A stretch of 64,000 bases of DNA, from the NCBI GenBank assembly GCA_046706745.1, contig JBJKPC010000010.1:27139-91138 (forward strand), given 5' to 3'. The notes under the pieces are model-generated. The model searched no databases. It was not told the origin of the DNA and was given only the letters and a program-made list of their open reading frames with translations. The DNA comes from Candidatus Kryptoniota bacterium (GTDB taxonomy: Bacteria; Bacteroidota; Ignavibacteria; Kryptoniales; JAKASW01). Made by a program: the position numbers and the translations under genes. Positions 37,874-47,800 of the stretch are shown here, in pieces. Position 1 is the stretch's first letter, and each line of letters begins with the position of its first letter.

Positions 37874-39619
37874 ATGAGAGTCCCGAGCTACCATACTTTG
37901 GCATCGACTCTCACCGGCAGGTCCGGGGTGACTATAGCCTTGCTCTTTGGCGGACTGTTGGCCTACCTCGGCTGTTATCGCGCTCTGACTTCACCAGTCC
38001 AAGATTTTGCAAATTACTACACCTCGTCGCGATTGGTACTCGACGGTTCATTCAAAAAAGTAAATGTCTACGACTATTACACTTTCGAGAAAACTGTCGA
38101 CAACTACTTCAGGAATACCCTTTCGTCTTTCATACCATTTCCGCCGAGTACCGCGCTGATGTTCATTCCGCTGGCATGGCTGCCCCCTGATTCTGCGCGA
38201 GCGTTATTTCTACTCATTAATGTTGCCTGCGCAGCCCTTCTTGTATGGATGCTTTATCGACTTACCCGGCTCCCTGTCCTCCTCCTGATATGCCTAGTCT
38301 TACTCAACGGCATCAGCCTTTGGAGCGATCTCCGGGAAGGTCAAGTTTACCTGCTATTGACTCTCCTGATCGTCGCTGCGCTCGTTCTTGAGAGAAAAGG
38401 GAGGAGGTTTAGCGCGGGAGCACTTTTCGGGCTGGCACTTCCGGTGAAATACCTTACAGGGTTATTCATCGCTTACTTCCTTGCCCGAAAAAGGGTCAAG
38501 CTCGTGATCGGCGCGGTCGTCGCTGCAATCGGAGTCTTCGCAGCGGGATTGGTTGCGGGCGGAACAAAAATGAACGACTATTATCTTTCCGTGATCCTGC
38601 CGCAGCATCTGGCCGGGAACATTCAGAATCCGTTCGCGGTCAATTTTCAATCTTTCAATTCGCTCTTCAACCGGATTTTCATCCCCAACCAAAGTATGAA
38701 TCCTCATCCGATTCTCGACGCTCCGATGATCGGTTACTGGCTTCGCGCCCTCGTGCCACTCATTGCACTAGCCCTAGTGCTCATCTCGTTATCCAAAACG
38801 CGCCGAGCTCCCGAACACCTGCGAACTATGTATTCCGCAGGGCTGCTCGTTATCTTCGGTTTTGTGGTCTCCCCCGCATCAGCGAATTACCACCTTACGC
38901 TACTGATTATTCCGATGGCCATACTTTTCTCAATTGCAGCGGAACCGGATCTGCCTCGCGAATTGATCCATCTCAGAAAGAGAATACCTTCCATTTTCGG
39001 ACTCTACCTTGCGATCAATCTCATTCCATACTATAAGCTGTACGCGTTTGAGTCCGATCCCGCCCTTCAGCTCGCATCATATTTCCGATTAGTTCTGATC
39101 ACGGCTCTCTTCTTGATCGCAATTCCGCCGATCGCCCTCAGAGACACCGGGTTGAAGGGGCTCGTCGGTGGCGCAATAGCGGTCAGTTTAATATTGGGCT
39201 ACGTTCGGCTTCCAAAGAGGATGGCCGGAGACGATGCCAAGTGGGCGGGTGTTCCGGGGCTCATAATACCGAGACTGTACAGCGACGGTCAGGCTATCTC
39301 CTATCTGAGCGATACGCCTCGGGGATATGTTGAGAAGAGGCTCAGGCTCCGTACTGATTCTATCGAGAGGAAGAATGCCGGCGTCAAAAGACATTTCGAA
39401 CTCTCGGCCTTCGATTCCACAGCGGATGACTCGACACAACTTTTCGTGCGAAACGATCTCACCGGCGCCACATCACAACTGACACGGCACGGATTACACA
39501 ATATGGATCCAGTTTGGAATGCCGATCATACCAGGCTTTACTTCTTGTCCGATAGGGGAAGAGGTATTGATTGCACGAGCATTTTCTATTTTCCGGCCGA
39601 GCGAGTCCACATGCCATGA
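37874..39619 (+). CDS. polytopic GT-C-type glycosyltransferase (DUF2029/GT87-like) with C-terminal PD40/TolB-like repeat
   Basis: 581 aa with at least 10 TM helices. First-loop motif QDFANYYTSSRLVLDG as in DUF2029-type mannosyltransferases. The soluble C-terminal tail has a PD40-like repeat (SQLTRHGLHNMDPVWNADHTRLYFLSDRGRG). Confidence 0.7.
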   Translation: MRVPSYHTLASTLTGRSGVTIALLFGGLLAYLGCYRALTSPVQDFANYYTSSRLVLDGSFKKVNVYDYYTFEKTVDNYFRNTLSSFIPFPPSTALMFIPLAWLPPDSARALFLLINVACAALLVWMLYRLTRLPVLLLICLVLLNGISLWSDLREGQVYLLLTLLIVAALVLERKGRRFSAGALFGLALPVKYLTGLFIAYFLARKRVKLVIGAVVAAIGVFAAGLVAGGTKMNDYYLSVILPQHLAGNIQNPFAVNFQSFNSLFNRIFIPNQSMNPHPILDAPMIGYWLRALVPLIALALVLISLSKTRRAPEHLRTMYSAGLLVIFGFVVSPASANYHLTLLIIPMAILFSIAAEPDLPRELIHLRKRIPSIFGLYLAINLIPYYKLYAFESDPALQLASYFRLVLITALFLIAIPPIALRDTGLKGLVGGAIAVSLILGYVRLPKRMAGDDAKWAGVPGLIIPRLYSDGQAISYLSDTPRGYVEKRLRLRTDSIERKNAGVKRHFELSAFDSTADDSTQLFVRNDLTGATSQLTRHGLHNMDPVWNADHTRLYFLSDRGRGIDCTSIFYFPAERVHMP

Positions 39620-40773
39620 AGATCGGGTTCATGAAGTTCGTCGATGAGTATTTCGGCACGGCGATTCTCGCGTTGTTGTCATGTGTTTTTGGCGTGGACC
39701 CGCGTCCTCGGAGTCCGAATCCTTCGAAGATCCTCGTAGTAAAATTTTGGGGAATTGGAAGCGTGACTCTATCCACTTCGTTGCTGGTGCGGCTGAGGCA
39801 AAGATATCCCGAAGTCAAGATCCACTACCTTACTCTCGAGAGTAACCGCGAGCTCTGCTCTCTGATTCCCGAAATAAACTCGATCCATTCGGTGACTTTA
39901 TCGTCCGCACGCGCATTTGTAACGTCGTTTACCCGCGAACTCCTGGAAATTCGCAGACAACATTTCGACACGATGTTTGATCTGGAATTCTATTCCAATG
40001 TGTCGGCACTCGCCGGATTTCTTTCTGGAGCACCGAACAGGATCGGATTCGCTAATCCGCGCAAGGCGCGTCCGGCAAGAAAGAGGATGTATACCCAAAC
40101 CATTCCATTCCGGGACAATGAACATGTAGCGAGAAATTTCGTCCGACTGCTTGAACCGGTGGGTCCGCTCGTTCTTTCTTCTCTAATTCGAAGTCCGGAG
40201 CCCCACGTGCTGGTCCACCAATTCCCGGTTGTAATGAATATCAATTCCAGTCCACTCGCTTATGAACGGTTGTGGAGCCGCAACGGATTCAATGAACTCG
40301 CCCGTCACCTCATCAACAGATTCGGAGCACACATATTCCTGACGGGTACTCCGGGCGAAATGGAATATGTCAGCGGCCTCGAAGCAGCACTCGACGATCA
40401 CGATAATGTCACTAACCTGGCGGGGAAGACGACGATCCGCGGGCTGGTAGACCTGATCTCTTCATCGAGCCTAGTGGTGACGAACGATTCAGGGCCACTG
40501 CACCTCGCGTCCGCGTTGAACGTTCCCACAATATCGTTCTTCGGGCCCGAAACGCCCCGGCGTTATAATAGTCTTGCCGATCACCGTCTCACTTTTTATG
40601 CGGGACTCTGGTGCAGTCCCTGTATGACTGTAAGTAATCTCAAGACTGTCAACTGCATCAACGGCGGACAATGCATGAAGCAAATACGTTTCCCGGACAT
40701 CGAGCGCTCAGTCGACCGCTTCGTGTATTCAATCCGTCAGCTGTCGCCGACTGAACAAAGGAAAGTCCTTTAG
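39616..40773 (+). CDS. glycosyltransferase family 9 (heptosyltransferase-like)
   Basis: GT9 C-terminal signature LVVTNDSGPLHLASALNVPTISFFGP. ATGA overlap with the upstream gene at 39616-39619. Confidence 0.82.
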   Translation: MKIGFMKFVDEYFGTAILALLSCVFGVDPRPRSPNPSKILVVKFWGIGSVTLSTSLLVRLRQRYPEVKIHYLTLESNRELCSLIPEINSIHSVTLSSARAFVTSFTRELLEIRRQHFDTMFDLEFYSNVSALAGFLSGAPNRIGFANPRKARPARKRMYTQTIPFRDNEHVARNFVRLLEPVGPLVLSSLIRSPEPHVLVHQFPVVMNINSSPLAYERLWSRNGFNELARHLINRFGAHIFLTGTPGEMEYVSGLEAALDDHDNVTNLAGKTTIRGLVDLISSSSLVVTNDSGPLHLASALNVPTISFFGPETPRRYNSLADHRLTFYAGLWCSPCMTVSNLKTVNCINGGQCMKQIRFPDIERSVDRFVYSIRQLSPTEQRKVL

Positions 40774-40783
40774 GAGGAACCAC

Positions 40784-42262
40784 ATGATTATCCTCTTCAA
40801 TCCTAGGAGTTGCCACTCTAACTACCGACTTCCGCTGTCGTTGTTGTCGCTGGGTTCCACCCTGGAAGGGAAGTTCGACTATGAGATCATCGAGGGGAAC
40901 TTTCTCTCCGATCCCATGCCCGCGCTTACCAAGGCCGTCGAGGAGAAGAAGGCCGATGTCTTGGGTTTCAGCGTAATGCCGGGACCGCAGCTTCAGCAAT
41001 CGATCCCTTTGTCGAGAGCTATCAGACAGCGCTTCCCGGCGCTGAGGATTGTATGGGGCGGTTATTTCCCTTCTAGCCATACGGATGTCTGCGTGAAGTC
41101 TCCTACAGTTGATTTTGTAATGCGCGGACAATGCGAGAAGGCATTCCCCATGTTGATCCAAGCTATCCTGGACCATGGAAGTTTGGATGACGTCCCCAAT
41201 CTATCTTACGAAATCGGAGGCCGGGTGCACCATAACCCTGATGCGGAGCTGATCCACCCGGACGAATTGCCGCAGTTACCGTATCACAAGATCGACGTCG
41301 AGAAGTACGTCAGCAGGACTTACCTTGGAACGCGTACTCTTTCGTATCATTCTTCGTACGGCTGTCCGTTTCAGTGCGGCTTCTGCGCGGTTGTACCGAT
41401 CTATAACGCGAGATGGCTTGGCAAGAGTGCTCCTCGGATGGCAGAAGACATTGAGAAATTAATCGTCGACCATCGTGCGAATGCGATCGAGTTCCATGAC
41501 AACAACTTGTTTACTTCTGAAAGAAGACTCGTCGAATTCTCGGAGTATATTCTCAAACGCGGGCTCAAATTTTCCTGGTGGGGGGAAGGACGACCCGACA
41601 CGTTGCTGAACTTTTCCGAGAATTCATTTTCAATAATGAAACGGGCCGGACTGAAGATGGTCTTCATGGGCGCCGAATCCGGTGATGACGCAACGCTTGC
41701 TTCAATGAACAAGGGAGGAACTCAAACGGGCGAGACAGTCATCCGGGTAGTGGAAAAATTCAAACGGCACGGAATAGTCCCGGAATGTTCCTTTGTTTTC
41801 GGGATCCCGTGCGGCGATGTGGACGCCTCCATAGAAAAGGAGATAGGATTTATCAGGGATCTTAAAAACAGAAATGAACAGACCGAGATAATTATTTACA
41901 TGTACTCCCCCATCGCCCTTGAAGGCTCGACGGTTTATTCAAACGCCGAAGAACGCGGATTCAAGTTCCCTCAAACTTTGCAGGATTGGGCAAAACCGGA
42001 ATGGGCGGAATTCGATCTGAGACGAAACCCTCTGACTCCCTGGATCAAGCGAAGGCACGTTAGGCGCGTAAAGGGCTTTGAGAAAGTGCTAAACGCGGTG
42101 TACCCGACGAATTCCGACATAAAACTGAAATCATACCAACGAACGGTCCTGAAATTAGCAGGTACCTGGCGATACCTCGCCAGGGCTTATTCCTTCCCGT
42201 TTGAAATCAGGCTGCTGCAGCATTACTTTCGATATCGGCAGCCGGAGATCGAGGGGTTCTGA
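40784..42262 (+). CDS. B12-binding-domain radical SAM protein (second copy)
   Basis: 492 aa. N-terminal B12-binding-like region (IILFNPRS....LPLSLLSLGSTLEG) and CxxxCxxC as CPFQCGFC. Confidence 0.85.
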   Translation: MIILFNPRSCHSNYRLPLSLLSLGSTLEGKFDYEIIEGNFLSDPMPALTKAVEEKKADVLGFSVMPGPQLQQSIPLSRAIRQRFPALRIVWGGYFPSSHTDVCVKSPTVDFVMRGQCEKAFPMLIQAILDHGSLDDVPNLSYEIGGRVHHNPDAELIHPDELPQLPYHKIDVEKYVSRTYLGTRTLSYHSSYGCPFQCGFCAVVPIYNARWLGKSAPRMAEDIEKLIVDHRANAIEFHDNNLFTSERRLVEFSEYILKRGLKFSWWGEGRPDTLLNFSENSFSIMKRAGLKMVFMGAESGDDATLASMNKGGTQTGETVIRVVEKFKRHGIVPECSFVFGIPCGDVDASIEKEIGFIRDLKNRNEQTEIIIYMYSPIALEGSTVYSNAEERGFKFPQTLQDWAKPEWAEFDLRRNPLTPWIKRRHVRRVKGFEKVLNAVYPTNSDIKLKSYQRTVLKLAGTWRYLARAYSFPFEIRLLQHYFRYRQPEIEGF

Positions 42263-42291
42263 ATTTTGTTTCTGTCAAGAGCGATCCGCTC

Positions 42292-43857
42292 ATGATTTAC
42301 CTAATGCTGAGTTACGCCAGGTCCGGAGGGACATTACTGAACAGATGTCTGGGCTCATTCGACGAGGTTGTGATGCTGTCCGAGATAAATCCGATGGACA
42401 ACGGCAATCGGAGAATGGACGCACCGAGACAGTGCAGGTCATGGTACGGTATAGATGTGCACAACACAGACTTCAAAGGGATCATTTCGGAATGTAATGA
42501 CTGGTGCAACGCACATAACAAGAAGTTAATAGTCCGGGATTGGTCAACGGTAAACTTCAGGAAAATGGACAAGAACCATTTCAGTCCCCCGAACAGATTT
42601 CTCATCATCGACGAACTTAAGGAAGTGGACGACCTGAAGATATTTACCCTGGTAAGAGATCCCATAGACGTCTTCATATGTGCCGGTTCGGAAACCGTCG
42701 CACTTGAAGGCTATGCGCGCTTTGTAAAGGAGGCGATGAACATAAAGGGTAATAAGATCATCAAGTACGAAGATCTCTGCCGTTCCCCCAACGAGGTGAT
42801 GAAAGACCTCTGCGACTACATTGGCATCCCATACTCCGAAGAGTGGCGACTCTTTTACCGGAATACCAAAGCGACCGGCGACATCGACTTGAAAGCAGAG
42901 CCGCGGAATAGGAAAAAGGAATTGATTACACTGCCGCGTCGCAAGAGAATCAGCGCCATCTCTATACTTGAAGTCAACCAATCTGTTTACTTGAGAGAAG
43001 TCAATTCGTATCTCAATTATCTATCGAGTTATCACGATGGGGCGGAGATTGAGAAGAATTATGACAGACTTCGATCCTATCTGGGTTCGGTACGATTTCG
43101 CTTGACATCACCCGGATCCATCGCACTAAAGGGTCGGAAGTCCTTGAGAATCCTGCTCAATCATATTTACAGGCCGTATGCACTGAAGAGGATGGCGCGA
43201 CCCGACGCAGTTTCCATATATGGCTGCAATATCAATACAAGTCCGGAGGTATTTCATCCGATCCTATTTCATAGCACTAAAATTCTAGCTTCCGAAATCA
43301 CGACAGCTCAGATGAAAGGGAAGAGGGTGCTTGACATGGGAACGGGCACCGGTGCAATTGGCATCCTTGCAGCACGGCAAGGTGCCTCTGTTACAGCTGC
43401 GGACATAAACCCTTCCGCGGTGGAGCTTTCCAGAAACAATGCGCAAAATAACTCAGTTGAAATGAACGTCGTACAATCCGATCTCTATTCCTCATTGGAC
43501 GGCAAAAAGTACGACGCTATATTCTTCAACATCCCGTTCTATCCTAAAATCGCCCATGATATGTCCGAGGAGGCGTTCAACGCCGGTGAATCCTTCTCGA
43601 CGGTAGTACGATTCGCACAACAATCTGTTCGTCATTTAGCCGATGGAGGGACCGTTATGATAGTGTTCTCGGAAGTCTCCGGCTACCGCGCCATCACGGA
43701 TATATTTTATGAGGCGGGCTTCGTGGTTCGAAGATCGAAAGTGCGCCAAGCGTTCTTCGAGAAGTTTTTCATTGTTACGTTTTCCATGAATACTTTGTCG
43801 GGTAAGGTAACGACTCGCAAGAACACCGAAGGACAAATCGGGAGGTTTGCTGGGTAA
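42292..43857 (+). CDS. fusion protein: N-terminal sulfotransferase-like domain plus C-terminal small-domain (NPPY-like) SAM methyltransferase
   Basis: N-terminus has a PAPS 5'-phosphate-loop-like SYARSGGTLL and a 3'-phosphate motif-like TLVRDPIDVFIC. C-terminus has VLDMGTGTGAIGILAARQGA, DINP and FFNIPFY (NPPY-like), as in PrmC/RsmC-type methyltransferases. Confidence 0.65.
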   Translation: MIYLMLSYARSGGTLLNRCLGSFDEVVMLSEINPMDNGNRRMDAPRQCRSWYGIDVHNTDFKGIISECNDWCNAHNKKLIVRDWSTVNFRKMDKNHFSPPNRFLIIDELKEVDDLKIFTLVRDPIDVFICAGSETVALEGYARFVKEAMNIKGNKIIKYEDLCRSPNEVMKDLCDYIGIPYSEEWRLFYRNTKATGDIDLKAEPRNRKKELITLPRRKRISAISILEVNQSVYLREVNSYLNYLSSYHDGAEIEKNYDRLRSYLGSVRFRLTSPGSIALKGRKSLRILLNHIYRPYALKRMARPDAVSIYGCNINTSPEVFHPILFHSTKILASEITTAQMKGKRVLDMGTGTGAIGILAARQGASVTAADINPSAVELSRNNAQNNSVEMNVVQSDLYSSLDGKKYDAIFFNIPFYPKIAHDMSEEAFNAGESFSTVVRFAQQSVRHLADGGTVMIVFSEVSGYRAITDIFYEAGFVVRRSKVRQAFFEKFFIVTFSMNTLSGKVTTRKNTEGQIGRFAG

Positions 43858-43862
43858 GACAA

Positions 43863-44669
43863 ATGGCAGGCCGGCTACTTCCAACAGCGGACAACCTTTC
43901 CCATGACTATTACGATTCCATAGCATCGATTTACGATGCCATGCTAAGCGACAATCCGCGCACACATTGGATTCGTGAGGCGTTTCATGATTTGGTACAT
44001 CAATCCGTACCTGCCGGTAGTACGCTTCTGGACTTCGGTTGCGGTACCGGGACAGATGCAAAGTGGTACGCGGCACATGGCTACAATATTGTCGCCTATG
44101 ACCAATCGAGCGGAATGATTCAACAGCTCGAAGAAAAATGCGCTGTAGAGATCAGGGACGGTCTGATTTCCACCGTGTTAGGCGACAAGTCAACTCTTCT
44201 TCGTGAGATGCAGAAGATCCGTTCTGTCCAGGGGATCGTCTCAAATTTTGCCGTAGTAAATGAAGTATTCGACCTTGCGGAGCTTTTCGATTGCTTCAGC
44301 AAGTGCCTCGATCCGGGAGGACGGCTTGTAGTGAGCGCCCTTAATCCGATTATGTGGACGGTACCGGAAGCTGTTTCAATCCGGAGGCGGATAATCGGGC
44401 ACGTCTCAGGAGGAAGGCTCGCGTACCATGTGGTTAAGCCAGGAACCGTCTTGCATTCGACCCAACATCTGGAAGATGCCTCCGGTCTCCGTTTTATCAA
44501 GGTGGCACAAGCCGGGGTAGGGATGTTTGTCAATGAAAGCGCCGGGAGACTCGATTGGACCAAGCCGTCGGGCCTTGGTGAGAGGATTGAACGCCGGGTT
44601 TGGAAAACTCGTCCGTTTTCCCAACTGGGAAGGTTCATCTTCACGGTTTGGAAGAAGAAGGTCTCGTAA
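43863..44669 (+). CDS. class I SAM-dependent methyltransferase
   Basis: 268 aa. Motif I LLDFGCGTGTDAKWYAAHG resembles the methyltransferase at 37052. Last gene of the operon, convergent with the RND genes. Confidence 0.8.
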   Translation: MAGRLLPTADNLSHDYYDSIASIYDAMLSDNPRTHWIREAFHDLVHQSVPAGSTLLDFGCGTGTDAKWYAAHGYNIVAYDQSSGMIQQLEEKCAVEIRDGLISTVLGDKSTLLREMQKIRSVQGIVSNFAVVNEVFDLAELFDCFSKCLDPGGRLVVSALNPIMWTVPEAVSIRRRIIGHVSGGRLAYHVVKPGTVLHSTQHLEDASGLRFIKVAQAGVGMFVNESAGRLDWTKPSGLGERIERRVWKTRPFSQLGRFIFTVWKKKVS

Positions 44670-44820
44670 TCCAGCACCGTCAGAACTCACCGGTTCATAT
44701 CGTGGATGGATAAAGGCGGCAATGCTCCCTGACGTAGGATTATCGACGTTCCCCGTGACCAGCGAAGAAGGGCAGGGAATATTATCTTTCCTGAATCCGC
44801 CCGCGATATGCCAAAAGCGG

Positions 44821-47800
44821 CTATCTCAAATCTTCGTCCTGTTTGAGCTCTCTCTTGAACTTCTCTTCAAAAATTGTGTACAGCGTCGGGACGAAGATAA
44901 GGGTCAAAAATGTCGACACTGTCAGGCCACCAATGACCGCGATTGCAAGCGGCGCCTGTGATCTGTCCCCGCCGATTCCAATGGCCATCGGAATTAGGCC
45001 GATTACCGTGGCGATGGAAGTCATGAGGATCGGCCGCAGCCTTGTTCGGCCGCCGAGGATCACCGATTCATGGAGTTCCATCCCTCTCTTTCTTAATCGA
45101 TTTATGTAGTCAACCAACAGAATACCGTTCGACACAACTATTCCGATCATCACAATCACACCTTCAAAAGATGTAACGGATAGGTCCGTGTTCGTCAGGA
45201 ACAGCGCCCACACCACTCCTACGAGTCCCAGAGGAACGGAAAACATTATGATAAACGGATCGACGAGCGACTGGAACTGAGACGCCATAACCATATACAC
45301 CATTACAACTGCGAGAAGAAGAGCGACAAGAAGAGAGCTGAAGGTACTTTTCTGTTGTTGGATGTTACCGCTCTGTTTTATCTGGAAACCGCTTGGTACG
45401 TGCAGAACGTCCAATCTCCTTTGGATACTCGCTGCAACACTACCGAGATCCCTGCCGGTGACATTCGCAGTAACATCGATAATCCTCTGCTGATACTTTC
45501 GATCTATTTCAACGGGCGTTTTCGTCATCACCACCTTCGCGATGTTGCCCAACTGTATCAGTTGTCCGCTTGAACTCGGTACCGTCAGCTTTCCGAGATC
45601 ACTGATATTGTCCCGGTCACTCTTTTCGAGGCGGACAAGTATGTTATACTCGTTTCCCGTCCGTGGAGAAGTAAATTGTGATGCGACTGTTCCGTCGATG
45701 GCTGTCGTGACGGTGTTTGCCACGTCGGCAACGTTGACCCCTAAGGCTCCTGCTTTCTTACGGTTGACTATAACGTTCAGCTCGGGCATATCGGCATCCA
45801 TGCTGATCTGCGTGTCTGTTGCACCTGGAGTCGAACGGACTATGTTGTCAACCTCATGCGCAAGGTGCATTCCCGTTGTTAGGTTGTATCCCATGATTTC
45901 GACATCGATTGGAGCATTAGAGCCGAAGTTCAGCAGAAAATGAAGAAAGCCGCCGGGAGCGAGATATATTTTCGCGCCGGGCAACGCCATCAACTTGGGC
46001 CTTAGGGAATTCATTATTTGATCTTCCGAACGACTTCTCTTGCTTGCAGAAACTAGCTGAACATTGATATTTCCTGCATATTCACCGGGATTCCGGCTGA
46101 AAAGGTTTCCGCTTTTTTCTGACGGGACACCGATATCTGAGATGATCGTTTTTGTTTCCGGAACATTTTTCCTGATCAGCGCCTCGACTTCCTTCACGTA
46201 TGCCACAGTCTTTCCGATCCTCGTGCCGACAGGCATTTTCACAGAGACAGTGAACTGGCTTTCATCGGTCGAGGGGAAGAACTCCGATCCCACAAACTTG
46301 AAGAGTGCCAAAGACAATATGGAAAATCCTAGCACGCTGAATATAACTGCTTTCCGGTGATTCAAAGATGTGGAAATGAATTTCTGATAACTGATATCGA
46401 TACTGTCGAAGAAATTCTTCGAATAGAGCTTCAATTTATCCATCTGTGTAGCGGACCGCAGGTCAACTTCCTTCTCCGGTTGTATCACCTTGAATGAGAG
46501 GAGGGAAGTGACGCTTTGCGACACGAAAAATGAGGCAAAGAGAGCGACGCTGATGGTAAGCACAAGGGGCATAAACAGCAGTTTCGCTATTCCGGTCAAG
46601 AAAATAACGGGAAGGAATACGATTACCGTGGAAAGAGTCGATATGAATATAGGGCCGGCCACTTCAAGTGCGGCGTTCAATGTCGCTTGTATCCGGCTCA
46701 AGCCGCTGGTATCCATCAGGTTGTAATGCCTTGTTATGTTTTCGAGCTCCACGATGGAATCATCCACCATCCTGCCTACACCGAGCGCTAATCCTCCCAG
46801 CGTCATTATGTTAAGCGAGTTGCCGCTGAACCTGAAGAAAATGAAGGTCACAAGTATCGACAAAGGAATAGCGACGAAGATTATTATTGCGCTCTTGAAG
46901 TCTCTCAAGAACAGGAGTATTACTATCGTGGCAAGGAGGGCACCAATGATTGCCTCCTGTTCCAAACCGCTCACCGACTGCTCTATGTACGTGGCCTGGT
47001 TGAAAGCCAGCGAGGTCTTCACCGATTTCGGAACCCCCTGAAGCTTGGGAAGCTCCTTTAGAACTTCATCGACCACCTGCACGGTGTTTGCGTTGGGAGA
47101 TTTTTGAACCCTCAACACAACTCCGTTTCTGCCGTTCACTCTGAGAATTTCGCTCTGCTCCTGGAAAGAATCCTCCACTTTGCCGATGTCGCCAATTGTA
47201 ATCGGATCGCCGTTCACGTCCTTCACAACGATATTTTCCATCGGCTCGACCAAATTGAACTGTGTCCTGGTAGCAAGAGTGTAGTCGAAGACGCCCGTTT
47301 TCAAATCGCCCGACGGAAGAATCAGGTTTGAATTCGCAACTGCACTGGTGACGTCCTCAATCGGGATATTGAGCGCCTGCAGTTTGTTCCGGTTGACGAG
47401 AACGTGGATTTCCCTGATCTTTCCACCGGAAACTGCAGCCTGAGCCACCCCGGGAAGATGTTCGAGTTGCGGTTCAATAACATTGTAAGCGAGGTTATAT
47501 AGAGCCCGACCGCCCAGGTTGCTGCTAAGGACAACTGTACAGACCGGAACATTCGAAATATCGAATTGCAGTGCAATTGGCTGAGAAACGCCGGGGGGTA
47601 ATAGCTCTAGTTCTCTGTTTATTTTCTGAATAATGTCAACCAGACCCACGTCGGTATTCGTCCCCCAATTAAAATAGACGAAGATTTGGGACGCCCCTTC
47701 ACGGGTCCTGGATTCTACGTAACTAATATCGTTTGTGCTGCTTACCGCCCGCTCGAGGGGGACCGTGACAGACTGTTCCATGCTTTCAGGAGCAGCTCCG

